A stretch of 64,000 nt of DNA, taken from assembly GCA_964016885.1 (NCBI GenBank), contig OZ024744.1, forward strand, positions 79,174,001 to 79,238,000, given 5' to 3'. The position numbers were made by a program, and so were the translations under genes. Under the pieces are notes generated by a model that was given only the letters and a program-made list of their open reading frames with translations, was not told the DNA's origin and searched no databases. The stretch is from Eledone cirrhosa (Eukaryota). Below are positions 1-14,210 of the stretch, one piece after another; within the stretch, counting starts at the first letter, position 1, and each line of letters opens with the position of its first letter.

Positions 1-216
1 GCCATATTTCTAATGAAAGACTCTGCTGATGGTTTTCAAGTTATATAGAATTTAGAGACATTTAGTACTATAACTCACTGGTGTTGGGGGACATAACTTA
101 ACATGAAATTACATTAGAAGTTTTTAAAGTAAATATTAACATTTTAAAATAATTTTTTTATTGGTTGTTTGACCACTATTTTAATCTTTTCTCCCCTTAA
201 TAATAATTTATTTCAG

Positions 217-407
217 GCAATAATGCCACTTTGAAGCGTGTTTGTGAGGAACAGCATTTCAGTTGGTCTACTCTTGGATTCATCAGAAGTATAGCCTCTA
301 GCCCAACAATCTGTCAGGCCCTCAGTACTCCGAGATGGATTGTCTTATTATTCAAATTGCTTTCTTCGGACCAAAGTTCTGATGTGCCAAAGAATGTCGT
401 ACGACAG
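217..407 (+). CDS. HERC2: HERC2-like E3 ubiquitin ligase, internal exon 1 of window
   Basis: tttcag|GC acceptor and CAG|gtaaat donor; NNATLKRVCEEQHFSWSTLGFIRSIA...VVRQ; ends phase 0, matching the next exon. Confidence 0.85.
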
Positions 408-763
408 GTAAATTAAAATGTTACAGTTGTTTTTGTTTTTTTTTAATCATTCTTAAAAATTATTTGCTTTACATGTAACAGGCCACTAACTTAAATAGTT
501 TTTCTATTTTTCACTTTATTGCTAGATATAGTAAAATATGTTTGTCAGTGGTTAAATATTATTATTTTGGTAGAAGTATTATAATAATAATGAAAACTAT
601 TGTGTACAGTGCTCAGGTGCACTACAACTCATCAAAGGTTCATGCATAGTACATAGAAATATTAGGATGTAAAAAAAAAAAAAAATACCAGGTAACATGC
701 AAATATCTTCGTTGTCTTCATTTAAACTAAATGTTATAGTTCATTGTACATTGTCTTAGCCTT

Positions 764-2116
764 CATCATCATCATCATCATCATCATCAGGTTTAGCGTC
801 CGTGTTCCACGCTTGCATGGGTTTGGACGGGGGTTTTCCCACTTGAGGCAAGAGTGGTTGTCTTGCTCGCATAGGACTGTCTGGCGGGTTTTCTACAGTT
901 GGATGCCCTTCCTAACACCAACCACATTTACAGTGTGGGGCTGGGAGGTTTTTACCGTGTTGCCTACACGGCCACATTACAGCGTGGACTGTCTGGCGGG
1001 TTTTCTACAGCTGGATGCCCTTCCTAACACCAACCACATTTACAGTGTGGGGCTGGGAGGTTTTTACCGTGTTGCCTACACGGCCACATTTACAGCGTGG
1101 ACTGTGTGTTTTTCTTAAAACAAATCATTTTCTACATTATACACTACACACAATGTTTCAAGTTATCTACATCATTCTAGTAAAAGACTATGTTAATGTG
1201 AATAAAGGGAAATATTCATTTTATATAACAAAAGTTACTTTGTAGGAATACATATAATTCTTTTTTTTTTAAATACATAAATTAGAAATAAGAGGGATCA
1301 GATGTTGTTTACTCGAGAGAAGGCTACGTTGGTACGGTCACGTGATGCGCATGAAAGACGACAGCTGTATAAAAAAGTGCAGGGCAATAAAGATAGACGG
1401 TAGCCATGGAGTAGGCAGACCCAGAAAAACCTGGGACGACATGATAAATTCCGACCTCACACGCTTACACCTCTCCAAGACAATGTCACTGGACCGAGAC
1501 CTTTGGCGGTACTCAGTAATAGAGAAGACCCGCCTTACCTAAATACAAAGTAAAAACCTACTACAGTCAGTAGCCATCTCTATCAAACCCCCCATCCACA
1601 CCGCCCCTTTCAATGTAAAGTTATGTTGGTGCCACAACATCCAGGCCGAAACAAATGAGATCGTGTAGGTGTCACAACAAAAAAACACACAGTTCACGCT
1701 GTAATGTGACCGTGTAGGCAACACGGTAAAAACCTCCCAGCCCCACACTGTAAATGTGGTTGGTGTTAGGAAGGGCATCCAGCTGTAGAAAACCCGCCAG
1801 ACAGTCCACGCTGTAATGTGGCCGTGTAGGCAACACGGTAAAAACCTCCCAGCCCCACACTGTAAATGTGGTTGGTGTTAGGAAGGGCATCCAGCTGTAG
1901 AAAACCCGCCAGACAGTCCACGCTGTAATGTGGCCGTGTAGGCAACACGGTAAAAACCTCCCAGCCCCACACTGTAAATGTGGTTGGTGTTAGGAAGGGC
2001 ATCCAACTGTAGAAAACCCGCCAGACAGTCCTATGCGAGCAAGACAACCACTCTTGCCTCAAGTGGGAAAACCCCCGTCCAAACCCATGCAAGCGTGGAA
2101 CACGGACGCTAAACCT

Positions 2117-2145
<29 letters not shown>
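764..2145. mobile_element. RTE-type LINE 3' end (+, about 1310-2145, (GAT)n tail) with an inverted near-identical copy of its tail (764-1110)
   Basis: 1318-1542 reads RLRWYGHVMRM...GRPRKTWDD, typical of the RTE ORF C-terminus; 791-1110 is the reverse complement of about 1795-2114; internal tandem units of about 115 bp. Confidence 0.8.
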
Positions 2146-2147
<2 letters not shown>

Positions 2148-2972
2148 AAGAAAGTAAAAAGAGAGAAAGGATTAGAATTGTTAAGCAATGAAAGAAAGAG
2201 GGAAGGAGAGAAGAGGGTGACAGACCCTACACCCAAGTCAGAGTGGTGTTTCAGCTGCACCCTGCAGACAAAATGGCAGTAGTTATGATAAGGATAAAAA
2301 TAATTTCTCTAACAAGCAACACAAGTTTTTAAAGGCCACCTTCACTACTAATGCAAGGGTAGTCTTGCAGGCCCCCATATTAACTTTCTTTTTTTTTTTT
2401 GCTGAATGCTTTTCCTGGTGCCAATCCTTTTAAACACCACTTATGAAATGCATAAATACAGTATTCCTCCTATTTTAAACTAGAAACCTCCAGCCCACAC
2501 TGCAAATAAAGTGGTCATGATGGTATCACAACAAAAAGCATCCAGTCCACACTCTAAAGTAGTTGTGTAGGTGTCATGACAAAAAGCACCCAGTCCACAC
2601 TCTAAAGTAGTTGTGTAGGTGTCATGACAAAAAGCACCCAGTCCACACTGTAAAGTGGTCATGTTAGTGTCATGACAAAAAGCACCCAGTACTCATTGTA
2701 AATGAGGTTAGTGTTAGGAAGGGCATCCAGCTGTGGAAATCAAGCCAAAATCTGTGTAAGCAAGACATGGTCACCTGACCTGGCGTTGCTCACAACAGGA
2801 CAACTCGTCTAACCCATGCCAACGGGGAAAAGTGGACACACCAACATTAATATTTCTCTATTTATTCATGTTTTTATCTTTACTAATAATTTGACTTTAA
2901 AAAGAAAATTTGTTTTGATTAGAGAGCTTAAATTTTCCTTTTTTCTCTTTTATTTTTTGTTTAATTTAACAG

Positions 2973-3123
2973 ATTCTAGCTCTTCGATTGTTGAAAGCCG
3001 TTTTACCTTCATGGGATAGTTCCATTGAAGCAAGCAGGATGAAAGACATTGTAGAAAAAACGTTCGCTCTTCTTGGAAATGTCCTTTTGTCTTGTTCTTC
3101 TGACCCAACTTTACTTCCTCCAA
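2973..3123 (+). CDS. HERC2: HERC2-like exon 2
   Basis: ttaacag|ATT acceptor and A|gtaaga donor; ILALRLLKAVLPSWD...SDPTLLPP; phase 0 to 1. Confidence 0.88.
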
Positions 3124-3870
3124 GTAAGAAAATTTATATTTCTTTCTTTCTTGTCAGCGTTGCCACGGTGATAGCAGTCGTAGTGGTAGCTTTGGCGCCT
3201 TAGGATTACATTTTTTTATTAATAAGGTTTTAATTTACTTTCCAATGTTAATTCATAGTAATATTAATAATTCTTTCTTTATTGGCCACAAGAGCCTACA
3301 TAAAGACAAAAAGACAGGAACAATGGGGGTTTACAATAGAATCAGGTAAAAAATAAATACAATAACAATAAACAATAAAATACAAATAACAGAATTTCCC
3401 AATAGTGAGATCCACCCAGGGGCAATTCAGGTACTCCACCATTCATGAACCACCCTACACTTCACAAGCACCCAGGAAGGGCACCCCTCTCCTCCTCAAA
3501 TCAGCCAGCCTGTAGGTGCATGCTCAGAGTAGGCCTGTTCACACGGCTCTTTCTCGCCACATTCACCTGGGGTACTGTACTTCTCTCTTCACCAGCACCT
3601 TCCTTTCCAAGTGAAACTTGGAAAAGTTGATGAGGGATTGGCTGAAGAGAAAATTGTCTGTCTTCAGTCCTTTCTGCCAAGTCCACCACAGAACCTCTTT
3701 ATCCTTTAGAAGGGTCATGTTGCCAATAAAAACTCACTCACACACTCACATTCCTTGGTTAGTTTAGTAACCAGGTTATTTAATTATCAAGAAAAACAAG
3801 ATGGAGTAACTAGAACAAAAATCTGTTGTGTACAAAAATAAAACCCTTGCTGTTAATATACATGAATGTG

Positions 3871-4296
3871 TTAACCCTTTAGCATTTAAACCGGCCATAT
3901 CCGGCCAGAATTCTCTCACCTCTTTCTGTTCAAACTGGCTGTAACTGGCTACTCATACTTATCTTAAGATATTGTTCTCAAAATATATAATATCAAAATC
4001 TCATAGATTCGATATTATGTGAGATAAAGCCTTTACCGCAAAAATACAATAGTAAATATAGAGTAATGTAAAATCTAAAGGGTTAAACCAGCTGTATCCA
4101 GCCAGAATTCTTTCATCGCTTTCTGTTCAAACTGACCGTAACTGACCACTCATACTGATGTTACAGTATTGTTCTCATAATAAATAATGTCAAAATCTCA
4201 TAGATTTGATATTATGTGAAATAATTATGTGAGGTAAAGTCTCTACCGTAAAAATACAATAGTATATATAGAGTAATGTAAATGCTAAAGAGTTAA
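3871..4296. mobile_element. piggyBac-type MITE family A (about 215-230 bp): full copy 3871-4086 plus adjacent partial copy
   Basis: TTAA-CCCTTTAGCATTT...AAATGCTAAAGGG-TTAA termini. Other copies at about 7241-7457, 9948-10174, 14953-15181, 15712-15926, 19374-19545, 19727-19934, 20534-20763, 23656-23870, 40343-40558, 49650-49860, 61451-61672 and 62141-62340. Confidence 0.85.
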
Positions 4297-4329
4297 TTAT
4301 AAAATTGCCTTCTAAATTTGGTTTTACAG

Positions 4330-4532
4330 GTGATACATTGAGGAAAAGCCATCGTGGCAGACCACCCGTGACAATCACTGCTTCATACTCCAGTACAGTG
4401 GCTGATGAAATTGTGTCAACAATAAGAAAACTTCATTTATTAGATGGCTGGAATTATCACATCAACTCTTATATTATCTGCAAGTTAGGAATGATTGAAG
4501 ATATGGTCTGTGATAAGGGTAAATCCTCTATG
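4330..4532 (+). CDS. HERC2: HERC2-like exon 3
   Basis: ttttacag|GT acceptor and ATG|gtaagc donor; DTLRKSHRGRPPVTITASYSSTVADEIVSTIRKLH...; phase 1 to 0. Confidence 0.88.
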
Positions 4533-4819
4533 GTAAGCTGTCTCTCTCTCAAAGGCATAATTTGCATGTGTGCACTACCGTTTTAGTAAGATAGACTTGA
4601 TGCATTCTTTGTGACACCAGCATCATCATCATTATTTCATTTTACATCCGCTTTTCCCTGCTTGCAAGGGTGGGACGGGAATTGATGCTGGCTTCATTTC
4701 TACAGCTGGATGCCCTTCCTAACACCAACCTCATTTACAGTGAGTGTTGGGTGCTTTTTTGCCGTGGCACCTCCACGACCACTTTGCAGTGGAATGATAT
4801 GGACCCGAGTCCCTATCAT

Positions 4820-5300
<481 letters not shown>

Positions 5301-5748
5301 TCTTATCAATCGATTATCGATATAAAGCACCCAGCCCACACTATAAAGTGATCGTGTAAGTGACACAACAAAAAGCACCTAGCTCACACAGTAAAGTGGT
5401 TATGTAGGTGTCACGACAAAAAGGACCCACCACACACTGTCAATGTGGTTGGTGTTAGGAAGGGCATCCAGCCATAGAAATCAAGTCCAAACCAGTTCTG
5501 TATGAGCAAGACATGGTCATTGGACCTGGCTTATCTCACAACGGGGCAACTCGTCTAACCCATGCTAGCGTGGAGTGATGATGATGATGATATATATATA
5601 TATATTGTTTTTCACCGCTCCAAATAATGACGTTCTTTGCCAGGGAACGTTTCCACGAACCAAAGTATCATCTTCCTGTCTTCCTCTAGTTGCAACGTTT
5701 TTTGAAATATTTACTTCTGCGTTCACAGATTGACTTTTTGACTTTTTT

Positions 5749-5799
5749 AGTTTCAGAAGATCCCGTTAAGGGTGAAAGCAGTGATTCCTTGCTTAAACT
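5749..5799 (+). ncRNA. Degenerate type I hammerhead ribozyme-like motif
   Basis: AGTTT-CAGAAGA-TCCC(GTTAA)GGGT-GAAA-GCA(GTGATTCCT)TGC-TT-AAACT: stems I, II and III pair; core reads CAGA instead of CUGA. Confidence 0.55.
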
Positions 5800-6169
5800 T
5801 TCATCTGTTATTTTAATAAATATATATATATATATAATCACAAATATATAATAATAAATTTGATAATTCTTGTATGTTGGTGGTATGGTTAAATTTGGGC
5901 CTTGAAACCTTGCGCAGCACTTTTGTTCCATGTATGAACATAAATAAATAATATATATATAATTAATCACTGTTTTATGTCTATTTCCCATGTTTACATG
6001 GGTTAGATGATGGGCTGTCACATTCTCTAGCTAGACTAGTCAGGAGACTTAATCTTGCTCATATACTCATACATACACACATATGTGTGTGTGTATTTCT
6101 CTCTCTCTCTTTCTATATATATATATATATATATATATATCATATTTTTATATTTTTACTTTTTGTCAG

Positions 6170-6385
6170 GATGATCTCAACATTGATCTTCAAGAAACCC
6201 ATGCAGCTATAATGGCTGTTCTTGCAGTTATTGGTGGAATTGGTCTGCTACCCCGTCTAGGAGGTCTTGTTATGCACTATGAATTAAGACTTGGAACAAT
6301 TGCTAATATCCGTCCTTCTGGCAAAATTCAAGTCCAATTTCCAGAAATAGGGCTCAAGATGTGTCGAATGACTGATCTTGTTCCT
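6170..6385 (+). CDS. HERC2: HERC2-like exon 4
   Basis: ttttgtcag|GAT acceptor and CCT|gtaagt donor; ...MAVLAVIGGIGLLPRLGG...GKIQVQF; 72 codons. Confidence 0.88.
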
Positions 6386-7533
6386 GTAAGTTTTATTTAT
6401 CTTTTTTTATTTTTTTATTTTCACTGTTTTTTAAAACTCCCTTTAAAAATTTTGTATTCATGCCAACTCTATATATTGTTTATTGTTTACATTGATAAAG
6501 CTTAAAATAATAAAAAGTGTTCATCAAACTTTACTTTGGTGCGATTAGTAGCACAGCTACATGGAATATAGCAGGTATGAGTCCTAGTCCATGGGTGGTG
6601 CTGTCCAATTTTATACATCTCTAGGGCTTTATATGCCCAACTTGTTAGACTATTGTTCATTGTCAAAAATGTATGTTGGATCTGTAAACTTTAAGTTAAC
6701 ATAAATTCAAAATTCATAACCTGCTCAACAGTTCTAAAAATAGACTGTTTATACATATTAGAGTGTGTGTTTTAAATACCATAGTGTTTATTTAAAACAT
6801 TTAAACATTAACTGATTGAGCACACAATACAAGTGGCTAGAGTGTAAAAAAAAAATGAAGAAAAGTGACAGTGATTTTTGAAGTTTTCTCCTCTAAATAG
6901 AAAAATATATTATATCAGCTTTTAGGCATGTGGCATAGTGATAAGTATGTTGGACCTACAATCATAATGTTGTGGATTTGATTTCTGCACTGGGTTGTGT
7001 GTTGTGTCTTGAGTAAAACATTTAATTTTACATTGTTCCAGTATATTCTGCTAAAAATGAGTACCAGCAATAGCTGGGGATTTAACCCTGCGATGGTCTA
7101 GCATCATGACCAGTTGAGAGTGGGTGGGGGTCTTGTACTCTCAGTCACTTAACACCACAAAAATGGGATAAGCACTGCCCTGATTGATAAGTTTCTGGGC
7201 TCGAGATATTAAAAAAAAGAACTAAAAACTTTTTAATTCCTTAACCATTTTGCATTTATGTTACTCTATATTTACTATTGTATTTTTGTGGTACAGTCTT
7301 TATCTTACATAATGTCTACATAATATCGAATCTAGGAGATTTTGATATTATTTATTTTGAGAACAATACTTTAAAGTCAGTATGAGTGGCTGGTTTGAAC
7401 AGAAAGAGGCGAGAGAATTCTGGCCGGATGTAGCTAGTTTAAATACTAAAGGTTTAAATGTTTAAATTAATTTTTGAATTTATTCAATTATTTAGTTATT
7501 TATATTATTTTCTTTTATTTTTTGTTATTCAAG

Positions 7534-7720
7534 GTTCCTCATCTAGAATTTGCTGTGGATAAATTACCAATGACAGAGAATGTGATTAATACCTGGGTGA
7601 AATTGGTTAGTTTAGCTGGTACAGGATTTAAGGTTGAAAAAGAGAGAGAGCGAACTTCTCTTTTCAGCAGTCTTAATAGTGTAGAATCAACTGGAACAAA
7701 TACAGAGAAGAAAAACTTTG
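7534..7720 (+). CDS. HERC2: HERC2-like exon 5
   Basis: ttcaag|GTT acceptor and G|gtaaat donor; VPHLEFAVDKLPMTENVINTWVKLV...; phase 0 to 1. Confidence 0.82.
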
Positions 7721-8139
7721 GTAAATATTTCAAACTCATATTATCATCATCATCATCATCGTTTAACATCCATCTTCTACACTAGCATGGGTTGGACGGT
7801 TTTTGTCCCACTTGAGGCGAGATTGGTCAGAAGACTGTGTCTTGCTCGTACAGAACAGTTTCTGGCAGGTTTTCTACGGCTGGATGCCCTTCCTAACACC
7901 AACCACATTTACAGTGTGGGGCTGGGAGGTTTTTTACCATGTCTCCAACACAACCACTCTACAGTGGATGGAAGTGGGAGGATGGAGTAGGGTGTGTGGG
8001 GTGGGGTGTATATTGGGTTAAGAGGTGCCTACTGACTGTAGGTTTAAGTTTGTATGTAAGGGAAGGTGGGTCTTCTGTATAACTGCATAGTGCCAAAGAT
8101 TTCGATCATATACATATATAGGTATATATGTATGTATAT

Positions 8140-8701
8140 ATATTTGTGATTGAATATTAATAATTTTATGATGTTATGATATCTATATATTAATACGCTA
8201 TTACCTACGTACCGTACGTCCGGCCGTGTGTGTCACGCTTTCAGTAAAACAATGGAAGTGGGGTGGTAAACAATCTATGACAATTTACACCCAAAGAAAA
8301 TCAAAGAGCGTTGCAACGTGTTAGGAAAGGAGAGAGAGAGAGGGGCTTATAATATAGAGAAAGCAATGGGTTATTATATATATATAGATAGGGGGGGGGG
8401 GGGTTATAATATATATATAGAGAGAGGGGGTTATACTATATTTAAAGAGAGGGGTTTATAATATAGAGAAAGGGATGGGTTATAATATATAGAGAGAAGG
8501 GGGTTATAATATAGAGAAAGGGATGGGTTATAATATATAAAGAGAAGGGGGTTATAATATAGAGAGAAGGGGGTTATAATATAGAGAAAGGTGGGTTAAA
8601 ATATATATATAGAGAGGGTGGTTTTAATAGAAAAAGGGATCGGTTTTAATATATTTAAAGAGAGGGGATTATCCTTGAATTTTTTCACGGGTCCAGCTAG
8701 T
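8140..8701 (+). mobile_element. Non-autonomous Helitron-like element with an internal degenerate purine-rich tandem repeat (8340-8670)
   Basis: TCTATATAT-type head near 8182 and 3' end CACGGGTCCAGCTAG|T. Confidence 0.55.
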
Positions 8702-9326
8702 TATAATATTATTATTGGATTGGCAGTATCAGTAGAGGATCGGATGGCATGCTTTGACACATAGAGTTATGGCCCTTGCCATTCTGAATTCAAATCCCAC
8801 TGATTAACTTTGCCTTTCATCCTTAGAGGGTCAATAAAATAAAATACCAGTAATGCATTGGGTAATTGCTGGCCTTGTGCCAAAAGTAGAAACAATATTA
8901 TTCACTCAGGAATACATTTAGGTATCCACCATGTTAAGAGAGCAAACAAATTTTGTCTTTTAATTTTCGGCAAAGCCAGTCATAAAATCGCTCGGTATGC
9001 AAATGAGGCTAATCAGCCATCGTATACATTTGAGAATACTATGTATTCTCAGCAGTTCCAGCGGGTAGCAATGAGCAGAATACACAATCTTAGCAAGGAG
9101 TCAGACACTCTGAAACAATTGCTACCGATGGAACAAAAGGATGACGTTGTCATCTAACACATGGTGTTTATGAGGCTGTTTACTGGTAAACAAATCGAAT
9201 ATTAATAATATGATATTATAATATCATTATTATCCACTCAGGAATAAATTTAGGTATCTAACACTTTAAGAGCGAAAATAAATTTTGTTTTTATATATAT
9301 ATATATATATATAAAAACAAATTTTG

Positions 9327-9398
<72 letters not shown>

Positions 9399-9569
9399 TA
9401 AACACTGGCCGGGATCTCTGTCTTCTGAGGCATTTTTGCCCATCCCTGTCATTGACAGCATTTGGCAGTTTTAAGAGCTGTTCTACCGATGAAGTTTCTC
9501 TTTTCTTATATGAAAAAATGTATATATACTTTGCTAATATATAATGTGAAGTCATGTAAACTGTGTAAG

Positions 9570-9930
9570 CAGTAGGATGTTTGGGTAATGTGTTGAGTAA
9601 AGATGAAAGTGACTAGATAGGAATAGAACCAGTGATGAATGTTGTGAAGAAAAATAGAATGAGATGGTTATGTCATGTGTTGAGGAAGGATAAAATAACT
9701 GGGTGAAAGGAATAGAATCAGTGATGTCTGTTGTGAAGAGAAATGTAATGAGATGGTTGGGTCATGTGTTGTGGAAGGATAAAAGTGACTGGGGAAGAAG
9801 AGTGATGGAAATGAATTTGGAAGGAAGGAAGACCAAGAAAGACATAGCTAAACATGATGAAGGAGGAAATGAAAGTCAGGGGGTTGGTGAAGGGCAGATA
9901 CAGACAATAACAGAAAAAAGAGAAGTTTGT
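9570..9930 (+). mobile_element. RTE LINE C-terminal fragment with internal tandem duplication
   Basis: MRWLGHVLWKD-like segment repeated about three times. Confidence 0.6.
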
Positions 9931-11498
9931 TATAGAATACAGTATATTTAACCTTTTAGCCTTTACATTACTCTATATATACTGTTGTATTTTCATGGTA
10001 AAGGCTTTATCTCACATAATTATCTCAAAATATTGAATCTATGAGATTTTGATATTATTTATTTTGCGAAAAATACTTTAACATATGTATGAGCAGCTAA
10101 TTACAGCCAGTTTGAACAGAAAGAGGTGAGAGAATTCTGGCCGGATACAGCCAGTTTAAATGCTAAAGGGTTAAATATTAAAGTCTTTACTTTAGTTTAC
10201 TGTAAATTTTCAGAACAATTAACAAATAGGTATGCTAGCGTGGAAGATAGACATTAAACGATGATGATAATGATGTTTCTAGATAGTTTCTACTAGGTCA
10301 TTACAGAGTATTGAGAGTTAAGTAGACTACTGAATGAATATTTACAGAATCCGGGGAAAATTTTGCTTGAAACATGCCCTAATGATGTATCCTCGTCAAC
10401 AAATCCTTGCAAAAGGAAGGCAAGGATTTAAGAAGTGGTAGCTAAATGTTAGCTCCACAAAACCTGGTCAGCCAGCACCTCAAATAAATCTGCCAACCAT
10501 ATATACCTTCTATATATAAATTTGAGCAACTTCCGTCCATCACACAATGTGTGTATGTGTGTGTTTGTGTAAATGTATGTGTGTGTAAAAGGGAGTAAGG
10601 GGATGGTGAAAAAAACTATAGCAAAACAGCAGCTGGCGTTTCCATTTGCTCACTGTGTGTGAGTGTATGTGTATGTTTGTGTAAATGTATGTGTGTGTTT
10701 GTGTGAATGTATGTCTGTGAGTGTATATTTTGTAAGTGTGTCTGTGTTTGCATGTTTATATCTATATACTCATACATATAAATATATCCATATGCACATA
10801 CACACATGTATACATATATACACATACATGTCAGCTTGTTTGAAAAATCCTAGTCTTACATGTGGCTGTAAAGCTCTTATTTCTGTGACAGAATTGAATT
10901 CATCAGCCATTTGCAAACACATAAAATCCAATCCATCATGTAAGCCCCAAAGTTATGGTCTTTGTTGAGCACTGGTGGACAAACACACTAATGGTGTATT
11001 CCACATATGTCATACTTCACTTCTTTCTGGTGCTATGCTGTAAACTCTATCATGTGACTATCGAAATATGTTGTGCCAAAACTGTTATCCAGCCTTCTAC
11101 TACCTTACTGATGACTAAAGACCTGAGCTGCAGAGGTTGAATTTTAAATATTTTGATGATTATATAATGATGATATAAAGTGGTGAATTGGCAGAGTCGT
11201 TAGAAAGTCAGATAGAATGTGGTATTCATTCTGACTTTCTGCTCTCTGAGTTCAAATCCCATCGAGGTCAACTTTGCCTTTCATCCTTTCAAGGTCGATA
11301 AAAAAAAATATCACTTGGGTCAATTCTTCCTCTCTTTGGAAGTAATTTGCTGTACTCAGGCCTGGAGAGGGATGGGCTCTGCCAGGCTTAAATTGCCCAA
11401 GAAATGCTGTATGTTAATACGGCGCCCCTAAGACTCTATCAGGAGTAATGATGATAATTTTTTCCATTATTATAATTTTCCTCTTATTTATTCTATAG

Positions 11499-11800
11499 GA
11501 TCTGGTTTAAATACGAAACTCCTACATAAGCAACAAATCAGATTGGGTTTGTTAAAAGCAGCAAGAGTTCTGTTTAGTCGACAAGATAACCTGCACAAAG
11601 TTTTATCACAGCCGGCTGTTCTTGACTTGGGTTTTGCATCTTCCCTGGAAACTGGAGTTGGTTTCAGTAGTAGTACTGAAGAAGATCTGAATACTTTACA
11701 ACAGGAGCCTGCTACAAACATATCTTTATTACAACATCTGATGGTTGCAGCAACACAACCATCTCCACTCAAAGCAATATTTTCTAGAGAAGAAATGGAG
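11499..11800 (+). CDS. HERC2: HERC2-like exon 6
   Basis: ctatag|GA acceptor and GAG|gtaaat donor; ...QQIRLGLLKAAR...ATQPSPLKAIFSREEME; phase 1 to 0. Confidence 0.9.
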
Positions 11801-12269
11801 GTAAATATGGCTTCTTTTTTAATATGTGTGTATGTGTGTATGTGCATATTCATACATTTATATCATCATCACCGTTTTATGTCCATTTTTCCATGCTAGC
11901 ATGAGTTAAACAAGTTGTCCTCTGGTGGGCAATGCCAGGTCACGTGACCATTTCTTGCTCATACAGAACTGGTTTTGGCTTGGTTTCTACAGCTGGATGC
12001 CCTTCCTAGCACCAACCACATTTACAGTGTAGTCTGATTGCTTCTTGTCATGACACCTACACAACCACATTACAGTGAATACTGGGTACTTTTTGTTGTG
12101 TTGCCTACACTACCACTTTACAGTGGGAGGGTGGGGGCTGGGGGCATACTGTGCTTCAGCTTCGGCCTGTGGGAAAATATAAACATGCAAAAACAGACAC
12201 ACTTACAAAAATACGCACGGAAATTTATATATAGATTATACACACAAGTGTAGTGAATGTTAGACACTT

Positions 12270-13450
12270 TTCTAGTGCGTGTCGTCACCCCTTCCTTCCT
12301 CAGTCATCTCTAGTGTGTGACATCATCACCCCTTCCTTCCTCAGTCATCTCTAGTGTGTGGCGTTATCACCCCTTCCTTCCTCAGTCATCTCTAGTGTGT
12401 GACATCATCACCCCTTCCTTCCTCAGTCATCTCTAGTGTGTGACATCATCACCCCTTCCTTCCTCAGTCATCTCTAGTGTGTGACATCATCACCCCTTCC
12501 TTCCACAGTCATCTCTAGTGTGTGACATCATCACCCCTTCCTTCCACAGTCATCTCTAGTGTGTGACATCATCACCCCTTCCTTCCTCAGTCATCTCTAG
12601 TGTGTGACATCATCACCCCTTCCTTCCTCAGTCATCTCTAGTGTGTGGCGTTATCACCCCTTCCTTCCTCAGTCATCTCTAGTGTGTGACATCATCACCC
12701 CTTCCTTCCTCAGTCATCTCTAGTGTGTGACATCATCACCCCTTCCTTCCTCAGTCATCTCTAGTGTGTGACATCATCACCCCTTCCTTCCACAGTCATC
12801 TCTAGTGTGTGACATCATCACCCCTTCCTTCCACAGTCATCTCTAGTGTGTGACATCATCACCCCTTCCTTCCTCAGTCATCTCTAGTGTGTGACATTAT
12901 CATCCCTTCCTTCCTCAGTCATCTCTAGTGTGTGACATCATCACCCCTTCCTTCCTCAGTCATCTCTAGTGTGTGGCGTTATCACCCCTTCCTTCCTCAG
13001 TCATTTCTAGTGTGTGGCATCAGCACCCCTTCCTTCCTCAGTCATCTCTAGTGCGTGACATCATCATCCCTTCCTTCCTCAGTCATCTCTAGTGTGTGAC
13101 ATCATCATCCCTTCCTTCCTCAGTCATCTCTAGTGCGTGACATCATCATCCCTTCCTTCCTCAGTCATCTCTAGTGTGTGACATCATCACCCCTTCCTTC
13201 CTCAGTCATCTCTAGTGCATGACGTCATCACCCCTTCCTTCCTCAGTCATTTCTAGTGTGTGGCGTCATCACCCCTTCCTTCCTCAGTCATCTCTAGTGC
13301 GTGACGTCACCACCCCTTCCTTCCTCAGTCATTTCTAGTGTGTGGCGTCAGCACCCCTTCCTTCCTCAGTCATCTCTAGTGTGTGACACCATCACCCCTT
13401 CCTTCTTCAACCATCTCTAATGCGTGACATCATCTCCCTTCCTCATTGTG
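12270..13450. repeat. 41-bp minisatellite, about 28 units
   Basis: Unit TCTAGTGTGTGACATCATCACCCCTTCCTTCCTCAGTCATC; head-to-tail with no spacers. Confidence 0.97.
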
Positions 13451-14210
13451 TGACAGAGGAAGGTGGATTGACATAATCGTTAGTGTGTCAGATGAAATGC
13501 AATGAAGTATTTTTTTACAATCTTCTTCATTCTGGTTTCCCAATCTCGCCATGGTTAACTTTGTCTTTCATCCTCTCGGGGTCGTTGATAAAATAAAGTA
13601 CCAGTCAAGTACTGTGGTCAGTCTAATCAGCTGTCCCTTCCTCACAAAATTCAGGCCTTGTGCCTAAATTAGAAATCATTATTTTCCCATCTGTTTTAGA
13701 TCTTTTCTTATATTCATTTTAAAAAAAAATTTTTTTTTTTTCATTATCTTTTATAAATCTGTTTACAAAATGCCTTTTACAGCCAATTTGACTATGCCAG
13801 GGTTTCCCAACCTGGGCGATTTCAACTGCTTTGCGACATATAGTTACAGTTCTTTACATTCTGAGCACAAATCCCACTGAGGTTAGCTTTGTCTTTCAGC
13901 CTTACGGGGATCAATAAAATAAAGTAACAGTAACGTGCTCATATTTACTGCTCTTTTTTTATTTCCTTTTTCTTTTATTCAATGAAACCCTAATTTGTGT
14001 TGTTGTTTTTTTGTCCTTGGTTTGACCCATCCCCCACACCCACCCAACACGGTGTGGCCTTGTAGCCAATAATATGGAATCATCATCATCATCACTCTTC
14101 TCCTCCTCCTCTACCACCACTACCATCATCATCACTGTCATCATTATTACCATTCATTGCTGTTGCTGTTGTTGTTATCATTCATTCATTCATTTTATCA
14201 TCTGTTTCAG

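Noticed and set aside
744-2260. Multiple ORFs containing MPFLTPTTFTVWGWEVF
   Set aside because: Antisense translation of a dispersed non-coding retroposon tail; not a gene family
9480-9540. CCGATGA...GAAA hammerhead-like spacing next to a TA tract
   Set aside because: Stems I and II do not pair convincingly
12270-13450. CRISPR-like appearance of the 41-bp arrays (also 57426-58620)
   Set aside because: Units are contiguous with no unique spacers, there are no cas genes, and the context is a eukaryotic intron
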